A stretch of 38,162 nucleotides of DNA from a virus (lineage: Duplodnaviria > Caudoviricetes), in the IMG/VR virus record IMGVR_UViG_3300049144_000026, positions 1-38,162 of that record; one strand, 5' to 3'. The notes below the pieces were generated by a model. It was not told where the DNA came from. It made no database searches and saw nothing but the letters and a program-made list of their open reading frames with translations. A program made the translations under genes and the position numbers. Shown here one piece after another: positions 1 to 10,057 of this stretch (positions are counted from its first letter, which is position 1; each line of letters opens with the position of its first letter).

Positions 1-44
1 CTCCCACACCCGCAGGTTAGACATTTTTGATCAGGGGGTACCCC

Positions 45-644
45 ATGCCTGGACCATCTGGACGCCCTGCGCTCGCCGTTGTGCGCGATGGAAACCCCGG
101 GCACCGCCCTATTCCCGAGGCCGCAACCGTTCCGCCGGCCGATTTCCCGGAGCCGGACTGGACCAAGGAACTGCCCGAGTCCAAGGCTCCTCGGAAGCCG
201 GTAGAACCGGAGCGCGAAGAGGATGAAACGATCGAGCATTTCATCCAGCGTGAGTACCGCTACGAGAAGAAGCTGGAGGCTTACGAGCTGCGCCGGCAGG
301 CCATCAACGGGACGCGGTTCGTGAAGCGCAGAGCTGCGGCAGAGTGGGCCCGCGTTGTTCCGGTGCTCCAGAACTCCATCGGCCTGGGCAATCCGGATTA
401 TTCAGTTGTTGTGGACATGTGTATCTGCGTGGCCCGTCTCGAATGGTGCGAGCACGAGCTTTCCCGTGAAGGCCTCATCGTCATGGGCCAGCGCGGCCCC
501 TGCAAAAACCCGATGACAACCGTCGCCGGCCAGTACAGGACACAGCTCAAGACCTATATCCGGGAGCTGGGCCTGTCTCCATCCGCCCGGACGGGTCTGC
601 CGTCCAAGCCGGACGGCGGAGACGAAGATGACCCGTTCGATTGA
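45..644 (+). CDS. terS: Terminase small subunit (P27 family)
   Basis: N-terminal GNPGHRP, KNP motif and ELGLSPSAR motif typical of P27-family TerS; ATG at 45 after a G-rich RBS. Confidence 0.9.
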   Translation: MPGPSGRPALAVVRDGNPGHRPIPEAATVPPADFPEPDWTKELPESKAPRKPVEPEREEDETIEHFIQREYRYEKKLEAYELRRQAINGTRFVKRRAAAEWARVVPVLQNSIGLGNPDYSVVVDMCICVARLEWCEHELSREGLIVMGQRGPCKNPMTTVAGQYRTQLKTYIRELGLSPSARTGLPSKPDGGDEDDPFD

Positions 645-660
645 CCAGAAAGCAGACGCC

Positions 661-981
661 ATGGGCTCAACAGCAAAGCAGTACCGCAAGAAACCCGTTG
701 TCATCGAAGCCATCCGATGGACTGGGACAGCAATGAGCGCCACGGAAGTCATCGATTGGGCACTCTCCCACAAGGACGGGACTTCCATCCGTTACCACTC
801 CGCACAGGATGCCTACGACGACGGAGAGGAGGCCTGCCCCTACTCGCCAGCATCCCTCGCCGTGGACACGCTCGAAGGAACGATGTCTGCCATCGCCGGG
901 GACTTCATCATCCGCGGCGTGAACGGTGAGTTCTATCCCTGCAAGCCGGACATCTTCGCGAAGACCTACGAAGCCGTATAG
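661..981 (+). CDS. Conserved phage hypothetical protein (YRKKPVVIEA...GEFYPCKPDIF..TYE type)
   Basis: Recognisable widespread phage protein motifs; start 661 preferred over 628. Confidence 0.75.
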   Translation: MGSTAKQYRKKPVVIEAIRWTGTAMSATEVIDWALSHKDGTSIRYHSAQDAYDDGEEACPYSPASLAVDTLEGTMSAIAGDFIIRGVNGEFYPCKPDIFAKTYEAV

Positions 982-1001
982 AGACCAGGAGACCGGCAAA
1001 C

Positions 1002-1304
1002 ATGAGCCAGCAGCCAAGCGTCGGCCGCATCGTCCACTACCACTCCTATGGGACGCCGGGCGGCGAGTACCGCTCTGAGGCGCGCGCCGCAATCATCACG
1101 GCCGTTCATTGGAGCGACGCCGCCGATGAAGAGGACTGGCAGGGAATCGAACAGCCGGCCGCTTCCGGAGATGACCAGGCGGTGGACTACATCGACTCCA
1201 TTTCTCTGGCCGTGCTTAACCCCACCGGAATGTTCTTCAACGAGAACGTCCCCTTCAGCAGTGTTCCCGCTCCGGGGCATTGGTCGTGGCCGCCGCGCAG
1301 CTAG
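1002..1304 (+). CDS. Conserved phage hypothetical protein (PSVGRIVHY...W.WPP type)
   Basis: AGGAG upstream; motif common in actinophages. Confidence 0.75.
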   Translation: MSQQPSVGRIVHYHSYGTPGGEYRSEARAAIITAVHWSDAADEEDWQGIEQPAASGDDQAVDYIDSISLAVLNPTGMFFNENVPFSSVPAPGHWSWPPRS

Positions 1305-1343
1305 TCCCCAGTCTGAGTAATCCAAGAACACCGGAAGAGGATC

Positions 1344-1571
1344 ATGATGACCCAGATCACCGCATTTGCCACACTGACCCGAAAAGAGGCCGCTCCAGAC
1401 AACGGCCAGACGGAGCTTGCCTTCATCGCGGAGTATGGGGACGAGCGGAACAAGGAGTGGGCCGGCGTATACCCGGCACTGAGCCTCAGCATGAACGTGC
1501 TCGACTCAGTGGCCGAGCAGTTCGATCTGCAGGAAAGTTACCTGATCACCTTTCAGAAGCCCGAGGGGTAG
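1344..1571 (+). CDS. Hypothetical protein
   Basis: GAGG RBS, fills the gap before terL, normal codon usage. Confidence 0.7.
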   Translation: MMTQITAFATLTRKEAAPDNGQTELAFIAEYGDERNKEWAGVYPALSLSMNVLDSVAEQFDLQESYLITFQKPEG

Positions 1572-1601
1572 GGGTAACTCTCCAGCCACTCAGGAGGTCT
1601 C

Positions 1602-3338
1602 ATGCTCGCGGACTTCGACCAGTCAAGGCTTCCAGCCCCGTATGAGGCCCTGATCGAGCTGGGCATGACCCATGAGCAGATCAAGGATGCAGCGAGCAAG
1701 GAACCCCTGGTAGTCGCGAACCAAGCTGACCAGCAGGCCGGGGCGTGGTTCGATGTGGACCGTGCCCGAAAAGCGCTTCGCGCCCTGGGTACCTTCAGGC
1801 ACTCCAAGGGCCGCTGGGCCGGCACTCGCTTGCGTCTCGGTGAGGGTCTGGATCCGTGGCAGGTTGTCTGGGTTATGGCTCCGGTCTTCGGATGGGTCTA
1901 CCACGACGCAGAGATTGACCGGGTTGTTCGGGTAATCCGTACGGTCTGGATCGAGATTCCCCGAAAGAACGGCAAGTCCACCTTCGCGTCCGGCATTTCC
2001 GGTGTTCTGCTGCTCGCTGATGGCGAGATGGGTGCCGAGGTCTACAACGCAGCTGGCTCCGCATTGCAGGCCGGGCGTGTGTTCGAAGACGCCAAGCATA
2101 TGCTCATGACTTCCCCCGCGGCCAGGAAGCGCATTGAGCCGCTCAAGGAGGTTGTGCGGGTACCAAAGACCGCCGGCATACTGCGAGTCCTTTCCCGCGT
2201 CGCTGAGACAGCCCACGGACTGAACGTTTCCGGGGCCACCATTGACGAGATCCACACGCTGCGGCTCCAGCGGAAGCTCATTGAGGCCATCGAAACCGGC
2301 GTCGGAGCCCGGGACCAGCCTCTGATCGTGTTCATTACGACGGCGGATGAGGCTGAAGAAGGCACCCCGTACGACGAAAAGCATAACTACACCCGCAACG
2401 TTGCCAACGGCATCGTCCAGGACCCCTCTTTCTACGGTGTGATCTGGGCTGCGGGCCCGGACGATGACCCCTTCGCGGAGTCCACCTGGTACAAAGCGAA
2501 CCCCGGACTGGGCAAGTCACCCACGCTCGCCTACATGCGCGGGCAGGCGAAGAAAGCCAAGTCCTCCCCCACAACGCTCCCCGCGTTCCTTCAGCTGTCA
2601 CTAAACCGGCGCTCGCCGTCTCAAATGCGCTGGGTGGACATGGACAAGTGGAACGCGCTACGGATCGCTAAGCGAACGCCACTGCGGGGCCGGAGAGCAT
2701 GGGGCGGGCTTGACCTGTCCGCCACATCGGACCTCACAGCCTGGGCTGTATGGGCCGAGTCGAACCGGCCCGGGTTCGAGCTGGACCTCTTCACCCGCAT
2801 ATGGGTGCCGGCGGAACGCGTCATCGATCTGGAGAAGCAGCTGATGGTTCCCCTGCAGGACTGGATCGACCGCGGCTACGTCACCGCGACCGAGGGCGAT
2901 GTCATCGACTACTCGGCTGTGAAGTCGGCTGTGATCGGTGACTGTAACCACTTCGATATGCAACGCGTCTCCTATGACCGCATGTTCGCCGGCCAGCTGG
3001 TACAGGAGCTGGACGCGGAGCTGAAGGGCATCGAGATCACGCCTGTTGCCCAGACCTTCTACGGACTATCCCCCGCGGCCAAGGAAATGGAACGCCTGTG
3101 GCGGTCCAAGACCATGGGCTGGGACGGCAACCCCGCACTGAAGTGGATGGCGTCAGTGGTCGAGGTAAAGACCGATGACCTGGACAATATCCGGCCAGTA
3201 AAGCCCAACCGTAAAAAGTCCAGCACCCGAATCGATGGCTTTCAGGCCGCCGTTACGGGCATGGACGGCATCGTCCGTAGCGACTTGCGGAAACAAGAAT
3301 CCGTGATCCACACGGGATCAAGCACGAAGAGGAGGTGA
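1602..3338 (+). CDS. terL: Terminase large subunit (HK97-like, cos type)
   Basis: Walker A IPRKNGKST, Walker B TIDEIH, ITTA coupling motif, nuclease GGLDLS and RIDG motifs; AGGAGG RBS. Confidence 0.97.
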   Translation: MLADFDQSRLPAPYEALIELGMTHEQIKDAASKEPLVVANQADQQAGAWFDVDRARKALRALGTFRHSKGRWAGTRLRLGEGLDPWQVVWVMAPVFGWVYHDAEIDRVVRVIRTVWIEIPRKNGKSTFASGISGVLLLADGEMGAEVYNAAGSALQAGRVFEDAKHMLMTSPAARKRIEPLKEVVRVPKTAGILRVLSRVAETAHGLNVSGATIDEIHTLRLQRKLIEAIETGVGARDQPLIVFITTADEAEEGTPYDEKHNYTRNVANGIVQDPSFYGVIWAAGPDDDPFAESTWYKANPGLGKSPTLAYMRGQAKKAKSSPTTLPAFLQLSLNRRSPSQMRWVDMDKWNALRIAKRTPLRGRRAWGGLDLSATSDLTAWAVWAESNRPGFELDLFTRIWVPAERVIDLEKQLMVPLQDWIDRGYVTATEGDVIDYSAVKSAVIGDCNHFDMQRVSYDRMFAGQLVQELDAELKGIEITPVAQTFYGLSPAAKEMERLWRSKTMGWDGNPALKWMASVVEVKTDDLDNIRPVKPNRKKSSTRIDGFQAAVTGMDGIVRSDLRKQESVIHTGSSTKRR

Positions 3339-3342
3339 ACGA

Positions 3343-4770
3343 GTGGACCTGACACAAGCGAAGGCGAAGACAGAGCAGCTCAGCCGCGAACTCATGGCGC
3401 GCCGCCCGCAAATCGAAAAGCGGATCAAGTACTTCAAGGGCGAGACAGGCAAGCTCCACTACGCCTCCTCAAAATTCGCTGAGTACTTCGAAAAGCAGTA
3501 CGCCGGATTCTCGGATAACTGGTGCATGCCGGTCGCACAGGCGCCCGCAGAGCGTATGAACCTACTCGGGATCCGCCCCTATGGGAGGACAACTGGTGTT
3601 GACCGGGATCTTGAACGAGCTTGGCTAGGCAATGACGGCGACGCCGGCTCTTCAGAGGCCTTCCTCCTCTTCGGTGTGGCATCTCGGTCATACTCCCTGG
3701 TGCACCCTGCAAGCAGCCCCGATGGGATGCCCCGGCTGACGTGGGAGCACCCGGAGTCCGCCATCGTGGACACCGATCCAGCCACCGGGATTGACCGGTT
3801 CGGCCTCATCGTGTGGGCAGACGACAAGATGGACTACGCCACCCTCTACACCCCGGACCAGGTCTTCAAGTTCAAGAAGGTAACCGACCAGGACCGCCAC
3901 GAGCGCAACGGCCAGGCTGTGGACCTGACCGCAGGATGGGAGCTTCGCGACCCGAACGTTGAGGTCGAGCCCAACCCTCTCGGTGAGGTCCCACTTTCGG
4001 AGCTCCGGAACCAGACACTGCTGGACGATGAGCCCATATCGGACATCGACGGCGTAGGCGCACTGCAGGACACTGTGAACCTGATCTGGGCCTACCTGCT
4101 GAACGCACTTGACCAGGCTTCACTCCCTGCCCGCGTCGTCACCGGGGCAGAGCTTCCCAAGGTGCCGATCCTCGACAAGGACGGCCAGATCGCTGGATAC
4201 CGCGATGTGGAACTCGACGAGCTGATGAAGGAGCGCATCCTCTGGATCCCCAGCAAAGATGCAAGCATCGAGGAATGGACCGCGGCGTCTCTCGATGTGT
4301 TCTCCAAGGTCATCAACCAGCTGGTCGAGCACATCGCAGCCCAGACGCGTACGCCTCCTCATTACTTGGTGGCCAAGATGGTCAACACCGCGGCCGAATC
4401 TCTGAACATCGCAGAGGCAGGCCTGGTCTCCAAGACCGGGGAACGCATCACCTACGCGGGCCGGGGCCTGAAGAAGACGAAGCGGCTGATGGCAAAGGCC
4501 ATGGGAGCCGACGAGCGGCGATTGCTTGCCCTCAACGCAGGCAAGCTCATCTGGGCCAATGTCCAGTACCGCTCCGACTCCCAGATGGCCGACGTCGCCG
4601 TAAAGTTCCGTAGCGCTGGATTCCCAATGGAGTACATCGCGGAGAAGATCCTCGTTGACCCGGCAGAAGTAGCCCGTGTCATGAAGATGATCAAGCAGGA
4701 ACAACAGAATGATCCGCTGGCAGCAGCGCAGCGGGCAATGCAGGGAGCTCCGGATGGCTTCGGCGCTTGA
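3343..4770 (+). CDS. Portal protein (SPP1 gp6-like)
   Basis: Directly follows terL; 475 aa; NWC..V and IAAQTRTPPHYL motifs. Confidence 0.93.
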   Translation: MDLTQAKAKTEQLSRELMARRPQIEKRIKYFKGETGKLHYASSKFAEYFEKQYAGFSDNWCMPVAQAPAERMNLLGIRPYGRTTGVDRDLERAWLGNDGDAGSSEAFLLFGVASRSYSLVHPASSPDGMPRLTWEHPESAIVDTDPATGIDRFGLIVWADDKMDYATLYTPDQVFKFKKVTDQDRHERNGQAVDLTAGWELRDPNVEVEPNPLGEVPLSELRNQTLLDDEPISDIDGVGALQDTVNLIWAYLLNALDQASLPARVVTGAELPKVPILDKDGQIAGYRDVELDELMKERILWIPSKDASIEEWTAASLDVFSKVINQLVEHIAAQTRTPPHYLVAKMVNTAAESLNIAEAGLVSKTGERITYAGRGLKKTKRLMAKAMGADERRLLALNAGKLIWANVQYRSDSQMADVAVKFRSAGFPMEYIAEKILVDPAEVARVMKMIKQEQQNDPLAAAQRAMQGAPDGFGA

Positions 4771-5809
4771 CCTTGCAAACATCCACTACGAACAAGGCAA
4801 AGAACTCCAATCCAGCGCGGCCGGCAAACTGCTGGCGCTCTGGCGAGGGGTCAACCGCCGGCACATCCTCGCATCCTGGACTGACGCTCTACCAGAGGCC
4901 GTGGCAATCATCACCGCCACGCAGCTGGCAGCAGCCGAGGACGGCGCAGCCTACATGGGCGCCGCCCTCGCAGCCCAGTCCTTGGACCTCAAAGGCCCCA
5001 AGGTCGTCCCGCGAGCATTTGCAGGTTTTGCCTACCCTCTGGATGCAACCACTCCACCGATGGACCTTGCCGGGACACTGTCAGCACCGGCCTTTACCGC
5101 TCTCCGGGGCATCCGTGGAGGGTTGACGCTCGACCGGGCCATGGGGGGCGGCCTGAACGACCTCCTGCTGCGCTCGCAGATGCAAATCGCGGATGCAGCC
5201 AGGAACTCCGGCGGCGTGATGATGGCGAGCCGGGACAAGCCTGCCGGATATGTGCGGATGCTGAACCCGCCGTCGTGCTCGCGGTGCACCGTTCTGGCCG
5301 GGAAGTGGTTCAAGTACAACCAGGGATTCAGCCGCCACCCCGGGTGCGACTGCCGACACATCCCATCGAGCGAATCCATGGCTGAGGACGTCACCACGGA
5401 CCCCTACGAGTACTTCCGATCCATCCCCCAGACAGAGCAGAACCGGACCTTCACAAAGGCCGGCGCTCAGGCAATCAGGGAAGGCGCGGACATCTTCCAG
5501 GTCGTCAACGCCCGCCAGGGCATGTACACCAGCGCCGGCGGCTCCAAGGTCACCAGAGAGGGCGTCACACGCCGCGGCTATTGGGGATCCCAGCAAACGA
5601 CCAGGGACCGCAAGGGCAGCGAGCGTTACGGCGTCTCTGTCCGCCAGCGGATGATGCCCGAGGAAATCTACAAACGCGCCAAAACTCCTGAGAGGGCCAG
5701 AGCCCTTCTGGAGGAATACGGCTACATAACTCCCGCCGGACAAGCTCCGGATGGGGCGATAGCCGGAAGTGCTCGGGGATTCTCCGAACGCTACCGGCGC
5801 AACAGCTGA
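4754..5809 (+). CDS. MuF-like minor capsid / head maturation protein
   Basis: Between portal and scaffold; CSRC and HPGCDC motifs; GGAG RBS before ATG 4754. Confidence 0.8.
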   Translation: MASALDLANIHYEQGKELQSSAAGKLLALWRGVNRRHILASWTDALPEAVAIITATQLAAAEDGAAYMGAALAAQSLDLKGPKVVPRAFAGFAYPLDATTPPMDLAGTLSAPAFTALRGIRGGLTLDRAMGGGLNDLLLRSQMQIADAARNSGGVMMASRDKPAGYVRMLNPPSCSRCTVLAGKWFKYNQGFSRHPGCDCRHIPSSESMAEDVTTDPYEYFRSIPQTEQNRTFTKAGAQAIREGADIFQVVNARQGMYTSAGGSKVTREGVTRRGYWGSQQTTRDRKGSERYGVSVRQRMMPEEIYKRAKTPERARALLEEYGYITPAGQAPDGAIAGSARGFSERYRRNS

Positions 5810-5868
5810 CCGACAATCGACCAGCTGCCAACCATTTATCGCGCAATGCGAGAAACGGAGAAAGTCCC

Positions 5869-6594
5869 ATGCCTAAGAAGACCCTGCACGGCATCGACAT
5901 GAGCGCACCCGGCGCGGTTGCTCAGCTGCTCGCCTTCCACTACGCCACCTTCGGGGACGCAGAGATGAAGGATGACGACGACGCCGACGACCAGGACGAT
6001 GACGACGATTCCGACGACTCGGACGACGCCAACGACAACCAGGATGACGACGATTCCGACGACTCGGACGACGACGCCAAAGACCTGGGCGACAAGGGCA
6101 AGCGGGCACTGGACGCCATGAAAGCCAAGCTGAAGGCGGCCAAGGCCAGCGAACGAACAGCAAAGCAGGAGGCCGCACAGCTCAAAGCTGAAAAGGCCAA
6201 TGCTGGTAAGCCGGCGGACGAGCAGGCCATTGAAACCGCCAAGCGGGAAGCAACTGAGGCAGCTCTATCCACCGCAAACAAGCGCATCCTGCGCTCCGAA
6301 GTGAAAGCAGCAGCGGCGGGCAAACTCGCCAACCCTGCACTCGCCGTGAAGCTCATCGACCTTGACGAACTCGAAGTCGATGAAGACGGCAACGTCGATG
6401 AGGACGCCATCGCGGAAGCGATCAGCACACTCCTCGAAGACAATCCGTATCTGGCCGCGCAAGGCGGCGCAACCAAGTTCGACTCTGCCCGGGGCAAGCC
6501 CAAGCAGAAGACGAAACTCAGCAAAGCCGACCTCGAAAAGATGACGCCGGAGGCAATCGCCAAGGCGTACGACGAGGGACGCGTCCAGGCGTAA
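5869..6594 (+). CDS. Capsid scaffolding protein
   Basis: Asp-rich N-terminal region, Ala/Lys coiled coil, NPYLAA motif, directly before the capsid gene. Confidence 0.88.
   Translation: MPKKTLHGIDMSAPGAVAQLLAFHYATFGDAEMKDDDDADDQDDDDDSDDSDDANDNQDDDDSDDSDDDAKDLGDKGKRALDAMKAKLKAAKASERTAKQEAAQLKAEKANAGKPADEQAIETAKREATEAALSTANKRILRSEVKAAAAGKLANPALAVKLIDLDELEVDEDGNVDEDAIAEAISTLLEDNPYLAAQGGATKFDSARGKPKQKTKLSKADLEKMTPEAIAKAYDEGRVQA
6001..6073 (+). repeat. 28-bp direct repeat in the Asp-rich scaffold segment
   Basis: GACGACGATTCCGACGACTCGGACGACG at 6001-6028 and 6046-6073. Confidence 0.85.
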
Positions 6595-6636
6595 TCAACG
6601 CCGCCGCCAAACGCTCACAGAAAGCAGTAGAACACC

Positions 6637-7485
6637 ATGGCACTTGCAAATTTCATCCCGACCCTGTGGTCGGCAAAGATGCTGGTCAGTTTCCGCCAGC
6701 GGGCTATCTTTGCCGCCCTGGCGAACCGGGAATACGAGGGCGAGGCCCGTTCCGGCAACACGGTCAAGATCACGGGCGTCGTTGACGTCGCGGTCAAGGA
6801 CTACAAGGCCGGCGCACTCCCCGACGGTGCGGGCGGAACTCTGCCCCGCACCACCACCCCGGACGAGATCACCGACACCACGATCGATCTGCTCATCAAC
6901 CAGGAGAAGAACTTCGACTTCTACGTTGATGACATCGACCGCGCCCAGGCTGCCGGCAAGCTGACCCCCTACACGGACTCAGCCGCCGCGGGCCTCGTGG
7001 AGGACTCTGACAAGTTCCTCGCCGCCCTCCTGTACCTGCAGGGCACGGCTGTCGTCCCGGGAGCCCCGGCCACCACCGCGGCCACTGCATGGAACGTCAT
7101 CCGTGACCTCCGCAAGGCCCTCAACAAGGCCAAGGTTCCCATGGGTGAGCGCGTGTTCGTCGCGAACGCCGAGTTCTCCGCCCTCCTGGAGGAGAACGAC
7201 TCCAAGCTGATGCAGGCCAACACCAGCGGCACCACCAAGGGCCTTCAGGAAGCTGAGCTCCCCCGGATCCTCGGCTTCGACGGCTTCGGCTCGGAGAACC
7301 TGCCCACGACCAACAAGCCCTCCATCGTGGCCTTCCACAAGTCGGCCCTCGCCTACGTCTCGCAGATCGAGAAGACCGAGGCAATGAGGGCACAGAACAA
7401 GTTTGCTGACCGTCTGCGTGGCCTCCACGTCTACGGCGGCAAGGTTCTGCGCCCGACTGCCGTAGCTCACTGGACCGCAGCATGA
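6637..7485 (+). CDS. Major capsid protein
   Basis: NFIPTLWS, GNTVKI, F.VDDID and LRGLHVYGGKVLRP motifs; position after scaffold. Confidence 0.95.
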   Translation: MALANFIPTLWSAKMLVSFRQRAIFAALANREYEGEARSGNTVKITGVVDVAVKDYKAGALPDGAGGTLPRTTTPDEITDTTIDLLINQEKNFDFYVDDIDRAQAAGKLTPYTDSAAAGLVEDSDKFLAALLYLQGTAVVPGAPATTAATAWNVIRDLRKALNKAKVPMGERVFVANAEFSALLEENDSKLMQANTSGTTKGLQEAELPRILGFDGFGSENLPTTNKPSIVAFHKSALAYVSQIEKTEAMRAQNKFADRLRGLHVYGGKVLRPTAVAHWTAA

Positions 7486-7925
7486 GCCCCCGCATCATCG
7501 GCCCCTCCGGCGTAGAGCTGGATGTGGACCGCGAGATGGCAAGGGGCCTTGTGCGGGACGGATTCGCCAAGCTGGTTGAGGGCGAGCCGGAATCCAGTCT
7601 GGAACGGCCGGACCCGTCGAACATCCTCAATCCTGAGGGTTCGCCTGCTGTGGTCTACCCGGTTGGTAACAGCGTCTCCGACGTCGTGCCCAAAAAGGTA
7701 GATCCGGATGCCGGGGTGGATGGTCAGCCTCGCGGCAACGCCAGCCGTGACGAGTGGGTTGCCTACGCGCTTGCCAATGGCAAGACCGAGGACGACCTAA
7801 ACGGGCTGAAGCAGACCGAGATCCGGGCACTGTTCGCAGCGCCGGCCGCGGAGTCCTCCGAAGAGGACCCCAAGTCCCCTGAGGGGCAATCCACCGAAGA
7901 GGGCAACAAGCCCGCTGACGAGTAA
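7482..7925 (+). CDS. Head-associated hypothetical protein with small helical PRGNASRDEWVAYA module
   Basis: ATGA overlap with capsid stop; motif often seen in genes downstream of actinophage capsid genes. Confidence 0.7.
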   Translation: MSPRIIGPSGVELDVDREMARGLVRDGFAKLVEGEPESSLERPDPSNILNPEGSPAVVYPVGNSVSDVVPKKVDPDAGVDGQPRGNASRDEWVAYALANGKTEDDLNGLKQTEIRALFAAPAAESSEEDPKSPEGQSTEEGNKPADE

Positions 7926-7940
7926 GAAGGAGGTGACCCG

Positions 7941-8534
7941 GTGGCTGATCTGATCACCCCGGCGGATCTGGCGAAGTACGAGGTCGAAGGCCTCGACTTC
8001 ACCGGACTCCGCGCAGCAGTGTTTATCAGCAGCGCATCCGAGGCTGTCATTGAAGCCGCCGGGTCACCTATCCGTCAGACTCGTTCAGAGGTCGAGATCC
8101 CGGCCACGTCCTCCCGGATCCTCCGGCTACCAGGGCTGCCCGTCTCGGAGATTCACTCCGTGAAGATCGACGGGGTCCTGCTCACCGGATGGAAACGCGT
8201 CATGGCCGGCGTCTACCGTCCTGACGGCTGGTCAAGGTGCGAGCTGGAGACCGTAACGGTGGACTACACGCACGGCCTGCCAGCCGTACCAGCCGATATC
8301 AAGGACCTCGTGGCACGGATGGTCATCGCGGCCATGCTGTCCGCTCAGGACGGCGCTGACGGCCTCGCTCTGAACAACGGCAGGCTCTCATCCTTCGCCA
8401 TCGACGACTACCGCGAAGCATACGCAACCGGCGAGGAAGTCGAAGCGGTTACGGAAATGACCTTGCCTGAACGGACCAGGGAAAGACTCGCCAAGCGGTT
8501 CGGCGCCGGGGCGTCAGTACAGGGGCAGCTGTGA
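7941..8534 (+). CDS. Head-to-tail adaptor
   Basis: Synteny; VTVDYTHG..VPADI and AIDDYRE motifs; AGGAGG RBS. Confidence 0.85.
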   Translation: MADLITPADLAKYEVEGLDFTGLRAAVFISSASEAVIEAAGSPIRQTRSEVEIPATSSRILRLPGLPVSEIHSVKIDGVLLTGWKRVMAGVYRPDGWSRCELETVTVDYTHGLPAVPADIKDLVARMVIAAMLSAQDGADGLALNNGRLSSFAIDDYREAYATGEEVEAVTEMTLPERTRERLAKRFGAGASVQGQL

Positions 8535-8929
8535 GGGCCGCACGAGCCGCGCTCGCCAGAGGCCGGCGTAAAGCCAAGGCAATGATGATCGACGCCTGCA
8601 CTGTGCACCGGCCCGGGGACCCGGTTACTAACCCGGTAACAGGCAAAGTAACGAGGCCTGAAGAGCCGATCTACACAGGGCCCTGTCAGTTTCAGCAGAC
8701 CATCGCCCAAGCCGCTGAGTCCGAGGCTGGCGAGCACGAGTACACAACACAGGACGTGGTGTGGAAGACCCCAGTGACGGCTGGGCCATTCCAGGTCAAC
8801 GACGTCGTGAGAGTCACAGCCAGCGGCGAGGATCCGCACATGGTGGGAGGTGTCTACCGTGTGACTGATCTCTTCAACAAGACCTATGCCACGTCCCAGA
8901 GATGCAGAGTCGAGGTGGTGACGTCGTGA
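8531..8929 (+). CDS. Head-to-tail stopper
   Basis: Synteny; M.D.CTV.R and IYTGPC motifs. Confidence 0.8.
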   Translation: MRAARAALARGRRKAKAMMIDACTVHRPGDPVTNPVTGKVTRPEEPIYTGPCQFQQTIAQAAESEAGEHEYTTQDVVWKTPVTAGPFQVNDVVRVTASGEDPHMVGGVYRVTDLFNKTYATSQRCRVEVVTS

Positions 8930-9312
8930 TTATCGACGCATCGGATTTCAACGCTCTCGGCGATGATCTCCGTTCTGCGGCCGAGCAGCTGCACGCCGGC
9001 GTGGGCGGTGTCGTCTCCAAAGGGGCGCTGAACATCAAGCGCCAGATCCAGAAGGATTTCAGAGGAGACAAATCCTTCGAGGGCGTGACGGATATCCGGT
9101 ACAACCGGAAGGTCTCGACCAACAGCGTGGAAGCCGATATTGGCCCCTACGTTGATTCCGAGGGATTCGGTTCACTGGTGGGAATCGCCATCCACGGCGG
9201 TTCCAGGGGCGGCGGCGGGACGGTCCCGGATCCGCTGCTTGCTCTCCGCACCGAAGAACCGAAATTCATTGAGGCACTCCTCGGTCTGACCGGCGGAGTG
9301 CTCAATGACTAA
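8926..9312 (+). CDS. Neck/tail completion protein (HK97 gp10-like position)
   Basis: Synteny; VSKGALNIK and EADIGP motifs; GTGA overlap. Confidence 0.7.
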   Translation: MIIDASDFNALGDDLRSAAEQLHAGVGGVVSKGALNIKRQIQKDFRGDKSFEGVTDIRYNRKVSTNSVEADIGPYVDSEGFGSLVGIAIHGGSRGGGGTVPDPLLALRTEEPKFIEALLGLTGGVLND

Positions 9313-9709
9313 GGCCCACTACGACGCATTCGAAGCGCTCATGCCGGAAGGGCTGGAACGTCACAGAGGCTCAGCCCCGAAGGTTATCGCGGACGGGTAC
9401 CCGTACGTAGTCATCGGCGGAAACGCCGGCGATGAAAGCACAGAGGCTTACGCCGGTGATCCGGACTCTCTGGATCTCAGGTTCAAGGTGACCTATGCAG
9501 GGCTCAGTTTCGATTCTGTGCTGATGACCATCCAGAGTGTCCGCCTGAGCGTCTTAGGCGCGCGCCTGGTGGTCCCCGGTTGGACGACCACCGGGTTCCG
9601 GCATCAGGCCCTGTTGGATATCCGTACCGATTTTGATGTGACTGTCCCTGACATCACAGTTCATCCCGTTTATGCGGTCGATGAATTCAGCGTCTTCTCT
9701 GGACGCTGA
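9305..9709 (+). CDS. Tail terminator
   Basis: Synteny; YPYVVI motif. Confidence 0.75.
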   Translation: MTKAHYDAFEALMPEGLERHRGSAPKVIADGYPYVVIGGNAGDESTEAYAGDPDSLDLRFKVTYAGLSFDSVLMTIQSVRLSVLGARLVVPGWTTTGFRHQALLDIRTDFDVTVPDITVHPVYAVDEFSVFSGR

Positions 9710-9770
9710 CCCTCATAGCTCTATTCGCGGCTCCCGTCCTGGGGGCCTTCCTCATTTAAGGAGGCCCATC

Positions 9771-10055
9771 GTGGCACCCAGCAACAAGGCGACTCCACCT
9801 TCAGACGAAGTGGACAAGGTCGCAGAGTCCGAATCCACAGCGCCAACGGCCAGCGAGCCGACTCCGGCTTCCACGGAAGTGGACCAGTCGCAGGGCGAGG
9901 CCGAATCGGAGCAGCCCGAGTACGACCGCCGCAAGCGGATCTACGTCAGGGACAAGGAAACAAAGGTCGAGAATCCGAATCCGGTCCCGGAAACGTGGCT
10001 CGGCATATTCGCCAACCTTGAGGCCGTCCCCGCCTCATCGAAAGAAGGTAAGTAA
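9771..10055 (+). CDS. Hypothetical protein (acidic low-complexity N-terminus)
   Basis: AAGGAGG RBS before GTG 9771. Confidence 0.7.
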   Translation: MAPSNKATPPSDEVDKVAESESTAPTASEPTPASTEVDQSQGEAESEQPEYDRRKRIYVRDKETKVENPNPVPETWLGIFANLEAVPASSKEGK

Positions 10056-10057
10056 CC

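Noticed and set aside
5968-6078. GAC-rich repeats as a CRISPR array or VNTR element
   Set aside because: They encode the poly-Asp tract of the scaffold; no spacers or cas genes
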